A stretch of DNA of 40,000 bases from Listeria phage LIS04. The stretch lies in the sequence record OQ999172.1; one strand, 5' to 3'. This document shows, piece by piece, positions 26,031-34,202 of the stretch; position 1 is the first letter of the stretch, and the number at the start of each line of letters is the position of its first letter. Position numbers and translations under genes: made by a program. The notes under the pieces were generated by a model. That model did not search any database, was not told where the DNA came from, and saw only the letters and a program-made list of their open reading frames with translations.

Positions 26031-26684
26031 TTGTATTACGACAACGTAGATCAACTCATCGAGCAACTAAAATTAAAATTTACACCTGATACTCAAGTTT
26101 ATTTATTTGTAGATGCAAGCGATGGACTTTACTCAGGAGAAATTGGTACGGTACTGCATCAAGATCATAGCGGTATCTTTGTTTACTTTAAAATTAATGG
26201 AAAGGTACGTACTGAAGTATTTGACTGGGATCGACTTGCTACAGGTATTCTAAGAACTAAAGAAGAAATAACTAATATTAAGAAGTCAGCAGTCCGTAAT
26301 CTAGAGTTTACTTCAGCACTGGTAGAACTTAGATCCGAAGATGGTAAGAATTCTAAAGTATCTTATATCTACGGATTTGCTAACTCTGATATGCTCACAG
26401 AGTTTATTAGTATGGTTAATAGAAAGCATTGGTCTCCAGTAATCGGAGGTGATGGACTAAAAGCAACTGCTTTAGCTAAGTTCAAACCTACTTCAGAAGT
26501 AGAGATCGGTATTTCTACGAGGACTGATATTGAAACTATAATTACTGATTTCAAGTCTGTAATTACAAGACTTCGACAACTTCAATCCGAGGGTATGAGA
26601 CCTGATGTTGATATTAAAGGTATGACTTTATGTTGGAATGAAGCTTCAGATTACCTGTCAAGACACAGAAAGCTAATGAGTTAA
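26031..26684 (+). CDS. hypothetical protein
   Basis: TTG start after TAGGAGG; 217 aa. Confidence 0.7.
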   Translation: MYYDNVDQLIEQLKLKFTPDTQVYLFVDASDGLYSGEIGTVLHQDHSGIFVYFKINGKVRTEVFDWDRLATGILRTKEEITNIKKSAVRNLEFTSALVELRSEDGKNSKVSYIYGFANSDMLTEFISMVNRKHWSPVIGGDGLKATALAKFKPTSEVEIGISTRTDIETIITDFKSVITRLRQLQSEGMRPDVDIKGMTLCWNEASDYLSRHRKLMS

Positions 26685-26748
26685 TCAATGGAAATAGCCA
26701 CTCAGGCTTATACTTCGTTACATGTGCAGTACGCTAGGAGGGTAAAAG

Positions 26749-27390
26749 TTGGATTCTATAAGGATAGCAGTCGAAGGTACAGTTGGAGCAGGTAAGACTA
26801 CTTTTTGTAATCTGATGAAATCAGAGTACAGTCTAGATTTAGTATCAGAGAAGTTTCAAAATCCATACTTTGATAAATTTTACAAGGACTCGACTAAGTA
26901 TGCATTCCCTATGCATATACAGATCTTTAGGCAGCAATTCGAGTCTCTTCATCAGTCGAGAGATTTTAAAAGAGTAATTACTGATAGGACTCTTGAAGCT
27001 AGCTTGATATTTATGAAGATCCTCAATCGCAACGGACAATTAGATACACTTGACTTTGAAAACTACAGAGATACTGTATCGACTTTCTCAAAGTTAAGTC
27101 CTAGTCCTGATTTAGTAATTTATCTTAAAGTGTCTGCTGAAACTAGCATTAATAGAATTCTAAAACGTAATAGACCTGCTGAGCTCGATGCTCCGATCAA
27201 GTACTGGATTGACTTAGCTCGTGATTACGATTCTTGGTTCGAAGAATACACCTCAACTCCTAAGATAGTTATTGATAGTGACAAACTTGACTTTACTGAT
27301 CCTAATTTTGATCTAAGAGGAGTAGTCCAAAGTCATATCAGCTCTCAACTAAGTAGTTTGGATCTTCCTAAGATTAAACTTGAGCTCTAA
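26749..27390 (+). CDS. deoxynucleoside kinase (dNK/dGK family)
   Basis: RIAVEGTVGAGKTTF P-loop, VITDRTLEASLIF, DLVIYLKVSAETSINRILKRNR; TTG start after TAGGAGG. Confidence 0.88.
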   Translation: MDSIRIAVEGTVGAGKTTFCNLMKSEYSLDLVSEKFQNPYFDKFYKDSTKYAFPMHIQIFRQQFESLHQSRDFKRVITDRTLEASLIFMKILNRNGQLDTLDFENYRDTVSTFSKLSPSPDLVIYLKVSAETSINRILKRNRPAELDAPIKYWIDLARDYDSWFEEYTSTPKIVIDSDKLDFTDPNFDLRGVVQSHISSQLSSLDLPKIKLEL

Positions 27391-27430
27391 TTTCGTACTG
27401 AAAAATTTAAAAATCTAATTTGCTCCAAAA

Positions 27431-27465
27431 GCTCTATTCCGACCTCTGGTACGTCTATAGTGGTG
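27431..27465 (+). promoter_or_regulatory. bipartite promoter-like element
   Basis: GCTCTATT ... GTACGTCTATAGTGGTG, standard spacing. Confidence 0.7.
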
Positions 27466-27493
27466 TCGCATGTGTGGGGAGGGTAAATTCAAA

Positions 27494-27742
27494 TTGAAAA
27501 TCAATAGTTGGTACATTAGTGATACATCCGCAGTGTCTGAATATTTAGTCAACGAGAGAGCTATCCTAGCATCCGAGGATCCACAACAGTTGTACATAGC
27601 AAATGCTATGCTACTAGATCACATCATAGACAGCATTGATTCGGTACTCAGCGAGAGTGATATAGAGTTACTTGGACGTGAGTTAGAAACTATTGCGAAG
27701 GGCAGTGAAGATTCAAATGCACAATTTATCAGCAATTCTTGA
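27494..27742 (+). CDS. hypothetical protein
   Basis: TTG 27494 in frame with track ORF 27470, after GGGGAGGG. Confidence 0.6.
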   Translation: MKINSWYISDTSAVSEYLVNERAILASEDPQQLYIANAMLLDHIIDSIDSVLSESDIELLGRELETIAKGSEDSNAQFISNS

Positions 27743-28472
27743 GTGGCTGACTATTTACAAAGGTACTAAGAGGAAATTCCTTGGATTTTACCAAGGAGTT
27801 CCCACTTTTAGTACAGATCACTTCGACAAACGACTGAAAGAAAGACTACCGAACAGTATTCAGTCAATCTTAGGTATCAGTCCTACTGACTTCTACGAAG
27901 ATGCAGCTAAAGCTTATCGTAAGAATAGTGTAAGTCGTAGAACTAAGGGAGCTGTTGACTACAGCACTAATGTTAAGTTGCCTGACGGATCTACATGTAC
28001 GATCCATCTATCAATCAATTTTGCATCGGACATTATCACTGTAGGAAACTCTAAAGTTGATACAGAGTTGAACAACATGTATAGTCAATCTTTGAAGAGT
28101 ACAGATGATCAGGAGAGACGTAGATTACTGAATCAGTACGTCAATTCAATCAAGGATACAGTCGATCCTCAGTATGCTAAACTTCTGTTAACTAATAAGA
28201 TGAAGTTGGGAGATTACGGTATCTCAATCTTAAGTATCTTTGGCAGTGTGACTACTCCAGAGGATCGTAAAGCAGGTATCAGTCGTAACATCATACCTTC
28301 AAAAGATACTAGGTATACTCACAAGGTTCAACTTAAGAAGAAATCTTTAAGTAAGAAAGATTATGATACACTGATTAAGTGGTCTGTTAATAATGTAAAA
28401 CAAGCGGTAGCTAAGCGTAGTCTAGACATCAAAGAAAGTACTGATGGATCTATCACCATGGGAAAGGACTGA
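27693..28472 (+). CDS. hypothetical protein
   Basis: ORF track; exact start uncertain; 259 aa. Confidence 0.65.
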   Translation: MRRAVKIQMHNLSAILEWLTIYKGTKRKFLGFYQGVPTFSTDHFDKRLKERLPNSIQSILGISPTDFYEDAAKAYRKNSVSRRTKGAVDYSTNVKLPDGSTCTIHLSINFASDIITVGNSKVDTELNNMYSQSLKSTDDQERRRLLNQYVNSIKDTVDPQYAKLLLTNKMKLGDYGISILSIFGSVTTPEDRKAGISRNIIPSKDTRYTHKVQLKKKSLSKKDYDTLIKWSVNNVKQAVAKRSLDIKESTDGSITMGKD

Positions 28473-28476
28473 GCAA

Positions 28477-28770
28477 ATGGAAGGAATCAAAGCAGTAGGA
28501 GATACTGTATTCATTAAATTACTACCGCAGGATCAAAGCAAGGGATCAATTTATATCCCACCTCAAGATAAGTCACAGAAGGACTTATTGTTAGCGGAGG
28601 TACTAGCTGTAGGTCCAGGTATTTATTACAAGACTAAATTTGTACCGAATGAAGTCGAGGTCGGAGATAAGGTTCTAGTAGCTAAGTTAGCGGTTAAGAA
28701 GAGTGCTTATAACTCTTTATCATACGTGCGACACGTTGATGTAGAGGCAATTCTTCCTAGCAAAGACTAA
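28477..28770 (+). CDS. GroES-like (Cpn10) co-chaperonin
   Basis: IKAVGDTVFIKLLPQDQSKGSIYIPPQDK...LLAEVLAVGPG...EVEVGDKVLVAK matches Cpn10 layout; ATG 28477 is the likely start. Confidence 0.75.
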   Translation: MEGIKAVGDTVFIKLLPQDQSKGSIYIPPQDKSQKDLLLAEVLAVGPGIYYKTKFVPNEVEVGDKVLVAKLAVKKSAYNSLSYVRHVDVEAILPSKD

Positions 28771-28990
28771 AGACAGCGGAGTCAGGGAATGCTAATGGTA
28801 AAGGGTGGGGGTTTCCTCCTTCCAATTCATCTAGGAGGTTCAAGATGGAAATCATTAGTTTCTCTGTCATTATCAAAGTGTGCCAGCTTGGATTTTCAGT
28901 GGTCAATGATCAAGGTAAGGTGAAGTTCTTAAAGGGTAATATACTTTATGAGTATAGTGAAATTGAGTCAATTTTGAGAGATTAGTTAGC

Positions 28991-29025
28991 TCTATTTCAG
29001 TTTCCTGAACGTTTATACTTGTGAA
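28991..29025 (+). promoter_or_regulatory. bipartite promoter-like element
   Basis: GCTCTATT ... GAACGTTTATACTTGTG, standard spacing. Confidence 0.75.
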
Positions 29026-29087
29026 GTTGGCAACTGAGCTGACTTAGAGCGATAGAGTCTGCTCTTACTACTTCGGAGGTGTTCAAT

Positions 29088-29444
29088 TTGAGTTCTACTG
29101 CTTTAGTGCGTAATAAATCAACTAAATCTATCACAATTGTAACTGGTGTCGATAATCCTGCTGTATTCAAGGAATTTATCGAATCAGTCTCTAAATACTA
29201 TACTCCCCTTGAGGATGAAATCGAATTTAAAGTAATTGCATTGATTGATACTGAATCTGACCCTCTAATTCAAACTTTTGATGGTACTCAGAACATGAGC
29301 ATTAAGAATTTCTTTAAGTCACTTATCAAAGTTGGACTTGAACTAGTTGATGGACTTTCTAGTAATCATCCTAGTGAGTCTGAAACCATGAGACGTAATA
29401 TTGATACTTTGACTCAAGATATTAAGTCTAAGTTCAATGCATAG
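29088..29444 (+). CDS. hypothetical protein
   Basis: TTG 29088 after CGGAGG; track start 29079 overlaps the SD. Confidence 0.65.
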   Translation: MSSTALVRNKSTKSITIVTGVDNPAVFKEFIESVSKYYTPLEDEIEFKVIALIDTESDPLIQTFDGTQNMSIKNFFKSLIKVGLELVDGLSSNHPSESETMRRNIDTLTQDIKSKFNA

Positions 29445-29449
29445 CCTTC

Positions 29450-29665
29450 GTGCTATGCTTAGTGGAAACACTAAGTGTTTCTAGTAAGCATAACTTGAAG
29501 TTATGCCCAAGTTTTTAACCAACCACATGGATCACTCAATCCTTAGATTGAGTATCCAGTAAGGTAGATACTTAATTGTCTATCTTACTGGATCCGATTA
29601 TCGGATCTACTAGTTAGACCTGTTTCAGTTTTAGCTAGTCACTTGGTTACTTTAGTAACCTTCGT
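29450..29665 (+). ncRNA. candidate highly structured non-coding RNA / leader (multiple hairpins)
   Basis: Stems read directly: CTTAGTG-gaaa-CACTAAG; GCATAAC-ttgaa-GTTATGC; ACTCAATC-ctta-GATTGAGT; 15-bp ATCCAGTAAGGTAGA/TCTATCTTACTGGAT; GATCCGA-tta-TCGGATC; GGTTAC-ttta-GTAACC. Confidence 0.6.
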
Positions 29666-29743
29666 ACGTACAGTTATTGTTTTGTTGTTAGTTCCTAGTT
29701 TCTCACCTCCACAAAAGTGATAAAAACTAAGGAGATGATTCGA

Positions 29744-30130
29744 ATGGATCGTAATCAAGCTAACAACAAGAATAATACTGAATTCTCACAAGATATGGCT
29801 GTAGCACCTACTACGGGACAGTCTGCTGGAGTTCATGAGTCTTATCGAGGTAAGCCTATCAGACAGGTATCTGCTCTTGCTTCTGATGATCCTCAATTCC
29901 ACTCTAAGCAGATCGTAGCTGTTCGTAAAGAAGGAAGAAATATATCTGCTGTACAATTCCAGGATGGAAGTACTGCTGATATTGAAGAAGCTATCGCTTT
30001 AGCTGAGGAAGGATATATCGAAGATGTCAATACTGGAACTACTAGAAGTTCAGATGGTAAACAAAAGACACTTAGATCTTATCCTGACGGAGATCCAAGT
30101 AACAACTTAGATAGTCTACCAACTTTCTAA
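29744..30130 (+). CDS. DUF3892-like small protein
   Basis: SKQIVAVRKEGRNISAVQFQDGSTADIEEAIALAEEGYI...YPDGDPSNNLDSLPTF; ATG 29744 after AAGGAGATG. Confidence 0.6.
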   Translation: MDRNQANNKNNTEFSQDMAVAPTTGQSAGVHESYRGKPIRQVSALASDDPQFHSKQIVAVRKEGRNISAVQFQDGSTADIEEAIALAEEGYIEDVNTGTTRSSDGKQKTLRSYPDGDPSNNLDSLPTF

Positions 30131-30160
30131 TATTGAAATAACGTACGTACGAATAACTGA

Positions 30161-30192
30161 GGGAGTAGGAGACTTTATCCTACTCCCTTTCT
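30161..30192 (+). terminator. intrinsic terminator-like hairpin
   Basis: GGGAGTAGGA-gacttta-TCCTACTCCC then TTTCTTA. Confidence 0.7.
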
Positions 30193-30221
30193 TAGTACTA
30201 CTAGAGAGGAGGTGACATTTA

Positions 30222-30494
30222 ATGATCATTATTTCAGAGAGTAAGAAGCGTAAGTCAAGTAAGATTAAGATAACGATGGATCTCCACTCAGCTCTCAAAG
30301 AGTTGTCTGAAGGTAAGTTTCCTAAATATGATCGTACTGAAACTTTGAGAGATTTCTCTAGATGTAAGTCCTTCGAAGAAGGAGCTAGGTCAGTTATCAT
30401 GACAATGCTTAGATTAAAAGGAGCACCAATTGATGATATCGATCTTATCAAGAAGTACGAGATGAGTATTTTAAGTGCAATTCTAAAAGGCTAA
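30222..30494 (+). CDS. hypothetical protein immediately upstream of terL
   Basis: AGAGGAGG RBS; 90 aa; position only weakly suggests a packaging role. Confidence 0.6.
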   Translation: MIIISESKKRKSSKIKITMDLHSALKELSEGKFPKYDRTETLRDFSRCKSFEEGARSVIMTMLRLKGAPIDDIDLIKKYEMSILSAILKG

Positions 30495-30509
30495 GGTAGG
30501 TGGAATCTA

Positions 30510-31145
30510 GTGAGTGAGATTAAATTAGACTTAGCAGATCCTACACTACAGAGTTTAGTCGCTGATATGGGTATTGATCCTAGTGCGATGAGTGATCAGG
30601 AGAAGAGAGTACTTATTCAAGTTCTCCAAGAAATGAGTGAAGGTAATAGTGACACTTTAAGTAGTCTATGGAGTGCAGATTATGATGAGACTCCAGTAGA
30701 TATTGATACATTTATAGAAAATGACGAGTACTTCGGTAGAAGTACAGATTACGGTAATCTTATTTATCCTTTTTGGAGAAAAGAGTTACGTAGGATATTT
30801 GCTCCAGGTAATAAAGTATATGAAGTTTGTGTTACAGGAGGAATTGGTTTAGGTAAGAGTACAATTGCAGTTATAGGTTTAGGTTACTCACTTCATAAAC
30901 TGTTATGTTTGAGAAGTCCTCAAGAGTATTATGGACTGACTAAGTCTTCCATTATTGGGATAGCATTTTTCAATATCACGCTTGATCAAAGTTATGGAGT
31001 GGCGTATCGGAAATTGCAGGGAATGTTGAAGGAGTCACCATGGTTTATCAAAAATGGTACTATCCGAGGATTGAAGAATAAAGTGTACAAGCCGAACAAA
31101 GGTATAGAATTCGTGGTAGGTTCACAGCCTAGTCACGGACTCGGT
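30510..31145 (+). CDS. terL: terminase large subunit, exon 1 (N-terminal ATPase part)
   Basis: GTG start; EVCVTGGIGLGKSTIAVIGLGY (Walker A); ...FVVGSQPSHGLG; end placed at inferred 5' splice site (open frame runs on to 31163). Confidence 0.85.
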
Positions 31146-32318
31146 GAAAGAAAGGCAGGATAACCTACTGTGGATATACTAGAGCTAAAGAAGGATCCAA
31201 ATTACGGAATTGAGTATATTGTTTGTCCTATCTGTGGTCATAGAATGAAACATCTTCACTGGTCTCACGCTAAGAAGCATGATACAACGAGGAAACAAAT
31301 TCAGTTGGATCATCCTGAGTTCCAATTAACTAGAGATAAGACTAAGGCTAAATACAAAGAAGCTGGATCTAAGTTCAGTGATAAAGGTATAGAGTCCATA
31401 CGTCAAGCTACTATTAAGCGTAACTTAGAGAATAATCCTATGAATAATCCAATTAATGTACAGAAGTCCGTAGCTAACTTTAAAAAGACTCATCGTCATA
31501 AGTGGAAAAATGATCCTGAGTATCGTAGAAAATGGAGTGAGAACTCTTCTCGAAAGATGACTAAACTCCATCAAGATCCAGAGTTCCATGAAAGACGTAG
31601 TTCAGTGTTTTTGTCTTATGTCAGAAGTGACATTCACAAAGAACGTACTAGACAATTAAGACTCGAGAATTGGAAAGATCCTGAGTACTCTACTAGTATG
31701 TTAAGTAAAGCTTTAGGATTTGGAGTCTTCTATGTGAGAAGAAATGGATCTACTATAAGACTTAAGTCTAGATATGAGTTAGCTTTTGCGATAACTATGG
31801 ATTATTTAGGTATTAACTTCGAGTACGAGCCGACTGGATTTGAGTACAAGAGTCATAATGAGACTCATATGTATTTTCCTGACTTCTTATGTGATGGTGT
31901 TTATTATGAGATCAAAGGCTATAAGGATAAACTAACTGATATTAAACTCAGATATTGTAGAGATACTCATGGAGTAGATATTCGTCTTCTAGAAGGAGAA
32001 GAACTATTTCAGGACTACTCTATTCTACCGTATGATGTCCTAGTTAGATTAGCTCCTCGTAACGAAACAGTAAGTTATGAACAAGTCATTGCCGAGTATA
32101 AATCCCTGAATTAAGCAAGGACGGCTGAGATGCTAACTTGAACCGAAGGCTAGGAGTAAAGTTCTAGTCAGGGGCAACGCATAGAGAGTGATCCTGATTA
32201 TCAGACTATAATCTCTCCACGAGGCAGGGACTAAAGAAAACGTATGCTGGCTACTAGGAACAAGAACTAGTAGAGGTAGGAGATAAAAAGCTTCTACAAA
32301 TTCACCTGAATATATCCG
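31146..32318 (+). mobile_element. apparent group I intron in terL (boundaries inferred)
   Basis: Removing 31146-32318 restores SHGLG|RDIF in frame before the intein; exon 1 ends in U, intron ends in G; 3' 200 nt non-coding and structured (e.g. CTACTAG-gaacaagaa-CTAGTAG, GUAG...CUUCUAC, GACTATAATCTCTCC, CAGGGACTAAAG); carries an internal endonuclease ORF. Confidence 0.75.
31170..32114 (+). CDS. intron-encoded homing endonuclease, N-terminal zinc finger plus C-terminal PD-(D/E)XK-like nuclease
   Basis: CPICGHRMKHLHWSHAKKH; NUMOD-like repeated ...NNPMNNP.../WKNDPEYRRKWSE/LHQDPEFHERRS; C-terminal RSRYELAFAITMDYLG...YFPDFLCDGVYYEIKGYKDK. Confidence 0.75.
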   Translation: MDILELKKDPNYGIEYIVCPICGHRMKHLHWSHAKKHDTTRKQIQLDHPEFQLTRDKTKAKYKEAGSKFSDKGIESIRQATIKRNLENNPMNNPINVQKSVANFKKTHRHKWKNDPEYRRKWSENSSRKMTKLHQDPEFHERRSSVFLSYVRSDIHKERTRQLRLENWKDPEYSTSMLSKALGFGVFYVRRNGSTIRLKSRYELAFAITMDYLGINFEYEPTGFEYKSHNETHMYFPDFLCDGVYYEIKGYKDKLTDIKLRYCRDTHGVDIRLLEGEELFQDYSILPYDVLVRLAPRNETVSYEQVIAEYKSLN

Positions 32319-32633
32319 CGTGACATATTCTGCCTAACAGGTGATAGTAAGATTTATACTCCTAATGGAGTTAAGACTTTATCTGAAGTAGAAGGTCAGG
32401 AAGTCACAGTTCTGAGTTATAATCAGTCAACAGATAAACTTGAGTGGAGCGATCCAGCTCTAGTGACAGCAACTGGTTATCGTTCAGATGTTTATGAGAT
32501 AGGTTTCGAGGATGAAACTTTTATGAGATGTACAGGAGATCATAAAGTCATGGTACGATTGTCTACTGGAGAAACTTCTTATAAAGAAGCAAAAACTTTA
32601 GTGGCAGGTGACGATGTAGTATCTCTCAACTAG
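32319..32633 (+). CDS. terL: terL exon 2 fragment (RDIF) fused to N-terminal half of a split intein (IntN, 32331-32630), ending in TAG
   Basis: CLTGDSKIYTPNGVKTLSEVEGQEVTVLSYN (block A) ... FMRCTGDHKVMVRLSTG (block B, TxxH) ... TLVAGDDVVSLN*; absent from supplied ORF track because it has no start of its own. Confidence 0.9.
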   Translation, partial: RDIFCLTGDSKIYTPNGVKTLSEVEGQEVTVLSYNQSTDKLEWSDPALVTATGYRSDVYEIGFEDETFMRCTGDHKVMVRLSTGETSYKEAKTLVAGDDVVSLN

Positions 32634-32641
32634 CTGTTCTA

Positions 32642-32705
32642 AATCCATTTTAAAGGCTTTAATTGAGAAGAACTTAAAGCCTTTAGGATGGATTATTTTA
32701 ATTTA
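32642..32705 (+). terminator. 21-bp hairpin with AU-rich tail between the two split-intein halves
   Basis: AATCCATTTTAAAGGCTTTAA (32642-32662) / TTAAAGCCTTTAGGATGGATT (32674-32694), two G-U pairs, 11-nt loop, followed by ATTTTAATTT. Confidence 0.75.
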
Positions 32706-32726
32706 GCAGGTAGGTGAGGTTGGTAT

Positions 32727-34184
32727 ATGAAAGTTTCTTATGTCAAGAAACTGGATTCATCACATAAAGTTTATGATGTAGTAGGAGCATCTCCACACAA
32801 TAACTTCGTAGTTCAACCTCAAGGTAGCTCGAAGTCAGGAGTAGTAGTCCACAATTGTGGTCTTCTTGATGAAGTGGAGTTCGTGTCAGGTGGTAACGCT
32901 AAGATGGAGCAGTCCAAAATCATGGGACTCTACCGTACTATCAAGCGACGTATGGAAAGTCGTTACATGAAGATGGGAGAATTACCTGGTATTTTATTCC
33001 TAGTATCTTCTAAGAAGTCTGACCATGACTTCCTTGAAAGTTACATTAAGCAAGTTAGGACTAATCCTAACGTACACATAATTGATCAGCCTCTGTGGAA
33101 AGTTAAGCCTCAGTCTAATTACTCAGGCAGTTATTTTCTAATTGCAGTAGGTAATAAAGTCTTACCATCTAAGATTTTAGCTGATCATGAATCTAGAGAG
33201 CAGTACGAGAAAGATGGTTATCGAGTAATTGAAGTACCAGTTGAGCATAAGCAAGCATTTGAGTTAGACATTAGCGCAGCACTTATGGATATTGCAGGTA
33301 TCGCTATGGCGAGTACTTCCAAGTACATTCATTATGATAAGCTTATGAGTGTAATTTCTAAGACTAGTCGGAATCCATTCAATACAGATCAAATTGTACT
33401 TGAGTTTGGAGATAACACTCAAATTAGCGACTACTTTAAGTTATCTGATTTAAACTTAGAGGATCTATATACTCCTTGCTTCTTACATGTGGATCCATCT
33501 TTATCCGGGGACTCCACTGGTATTTCCCTAGTCACCGTCAAAGGGAGTAGTAGTGTTCAGCGATTAGTTAAAGGAGATATTTCTAGTTTATCTGACCTTA
33601 ACTTGAAGGTAATTTTTGGTATAGCTATTAAGGCTGTACAAGGAAGTCAAATACCGTTCCATAAGATACGTCAATTTATATACTGGCTTAGAGATGAATT
33701 AGGAGCTAATATTCAAACTGTTAGTGCTGACTCCTTCCAGTCAGCTGACATGTTACAGCAATTGAAACTCCATGGATTCGAAACTAAAGTAATTTCAGTT
33801 GATAGAAAGAGACAGCCTTATGACAGCTTACGTAATGCAATTAATGAAGGACGAATAGAGATACCTCCTCAATCTATACTTGAAGATGAGTTAGTCAATC
33901 TTGAAGAAGATAAAATTAAGGGTAAGATAGATCACCCGTTAGAAGGTAGTAAGGATATCGCTGATGCCGTAGCTGGAGCTTCATTCGCTGCGTCAATTCA
34001 TCCATCTGTTCAAGGATATATTCACTCTAATCAGGATCTTAGTATGATCACGACTAAAGGAGCTCGATCTGGAGGAGTGTCAAGTGGAGATAGTTGGGTC
34101 ATCGATGACAGTTCAGTTGTCGGTATTCTCGATGATGAGGATCTAGAAGATCTTTCTACTCCTAAAGGAGTTTTAGACTGGTAA
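32727..34184 (+). CDS. terL: C-terminal half of split intein (IntC, 43 aa, 32727-32855) fused to terminase large subunit C-terminal part
   Basis: HKVYDVVGASPHNNFVV (block F), GVVVHN|C (block G) then CGLLDEVEFVSGG (Walker B) ... FLHVDPSLSGDSTGI (nuclease-domain Asp) ... HPLEGSKDIADAVAGA; ATG after GTAGGTGAGG. Confidence 0.92.
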   Translation: MKVSYVKKLDSSHKVYDVVGASPHNNFVVQPQGSSKSGVVVHNCGLLDEVEFVSGGNAKMEQSKIMGLYRTIKRRMESRYMKMGELPGILFLVSSKKSDHDFLESYIKQVRTNPNVHIIDQPLWKVKPQSNYSGSYFLIAVGNKVLPSKILADHESREQYEKDGYRVIEVPVEHKQAFELDISAALMDIAGIAMASTSKYIHYDKLMSVISKTSRNPFNTDQIVLEFGDNTQISDYFKLSDLNLEDLYTPCFLHVDPSLSGDSTGISLVTVKGSSSVQRLVKGDISSLSDLNLKVIFGIAIKAVQGSQIPFHKIRQFIYWLRDELGANIQTVSADSFQSADMLQQLKLHGFETKVISVDRKRQPYDSLRNAINEGRIEIPPQSILEDELVNLEEDKIKGKIDHPLEGSKDIADAVAGASFAASIHPSVQGYIHSNQDLSMITTKGARSGGVSSGDSWVIDDSSVVGILDDEDLEDLSTPKGVLDW

Positions 34185-34202
34185 TTTAAGGAGGTTATTC
34201 TA

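Noticed and set aside
29446-29700. Hairpin cluster as a set of ordinary terminators
   Set aside because: Most stems lack a following U-run and they are nearly contiguous, which is unlike tandem terminators; kept as ncRNA candidate instead.
30116-30451. Minus-strand ORFs (1515-1697, 2128-2334, 8801-8992, 10915-11217, 13192-13374, 18480-18704, 26369-26554, 26845-27039, 27415-27597, 30116-30451, 37425-37682)
   Set aside because: All antisense to strong + strand genes or regulatory DNA, with no Shine-Dalgarno and no recognisable product.
31120-31160. Exact P1/IGS pairing that would fix the intron 5' splice site
   Set aside because: I could not find a convincing internal guide sequence by eye; the 5' boundary rests only on reading-frame restoration and the terminal U, so I do not claim a base-exact splice site.
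31164-32726. terL as a pseudogene or as sequencing/frameshift errors splitting one ORF
   Set aside because: The breaks coincide with intact intein blocks A, B, F and G, several in-frame stops, an independent RBS+ATG for the C half, and an intron-like segment with an intact endonuclease ORF; random decay would not produce this.
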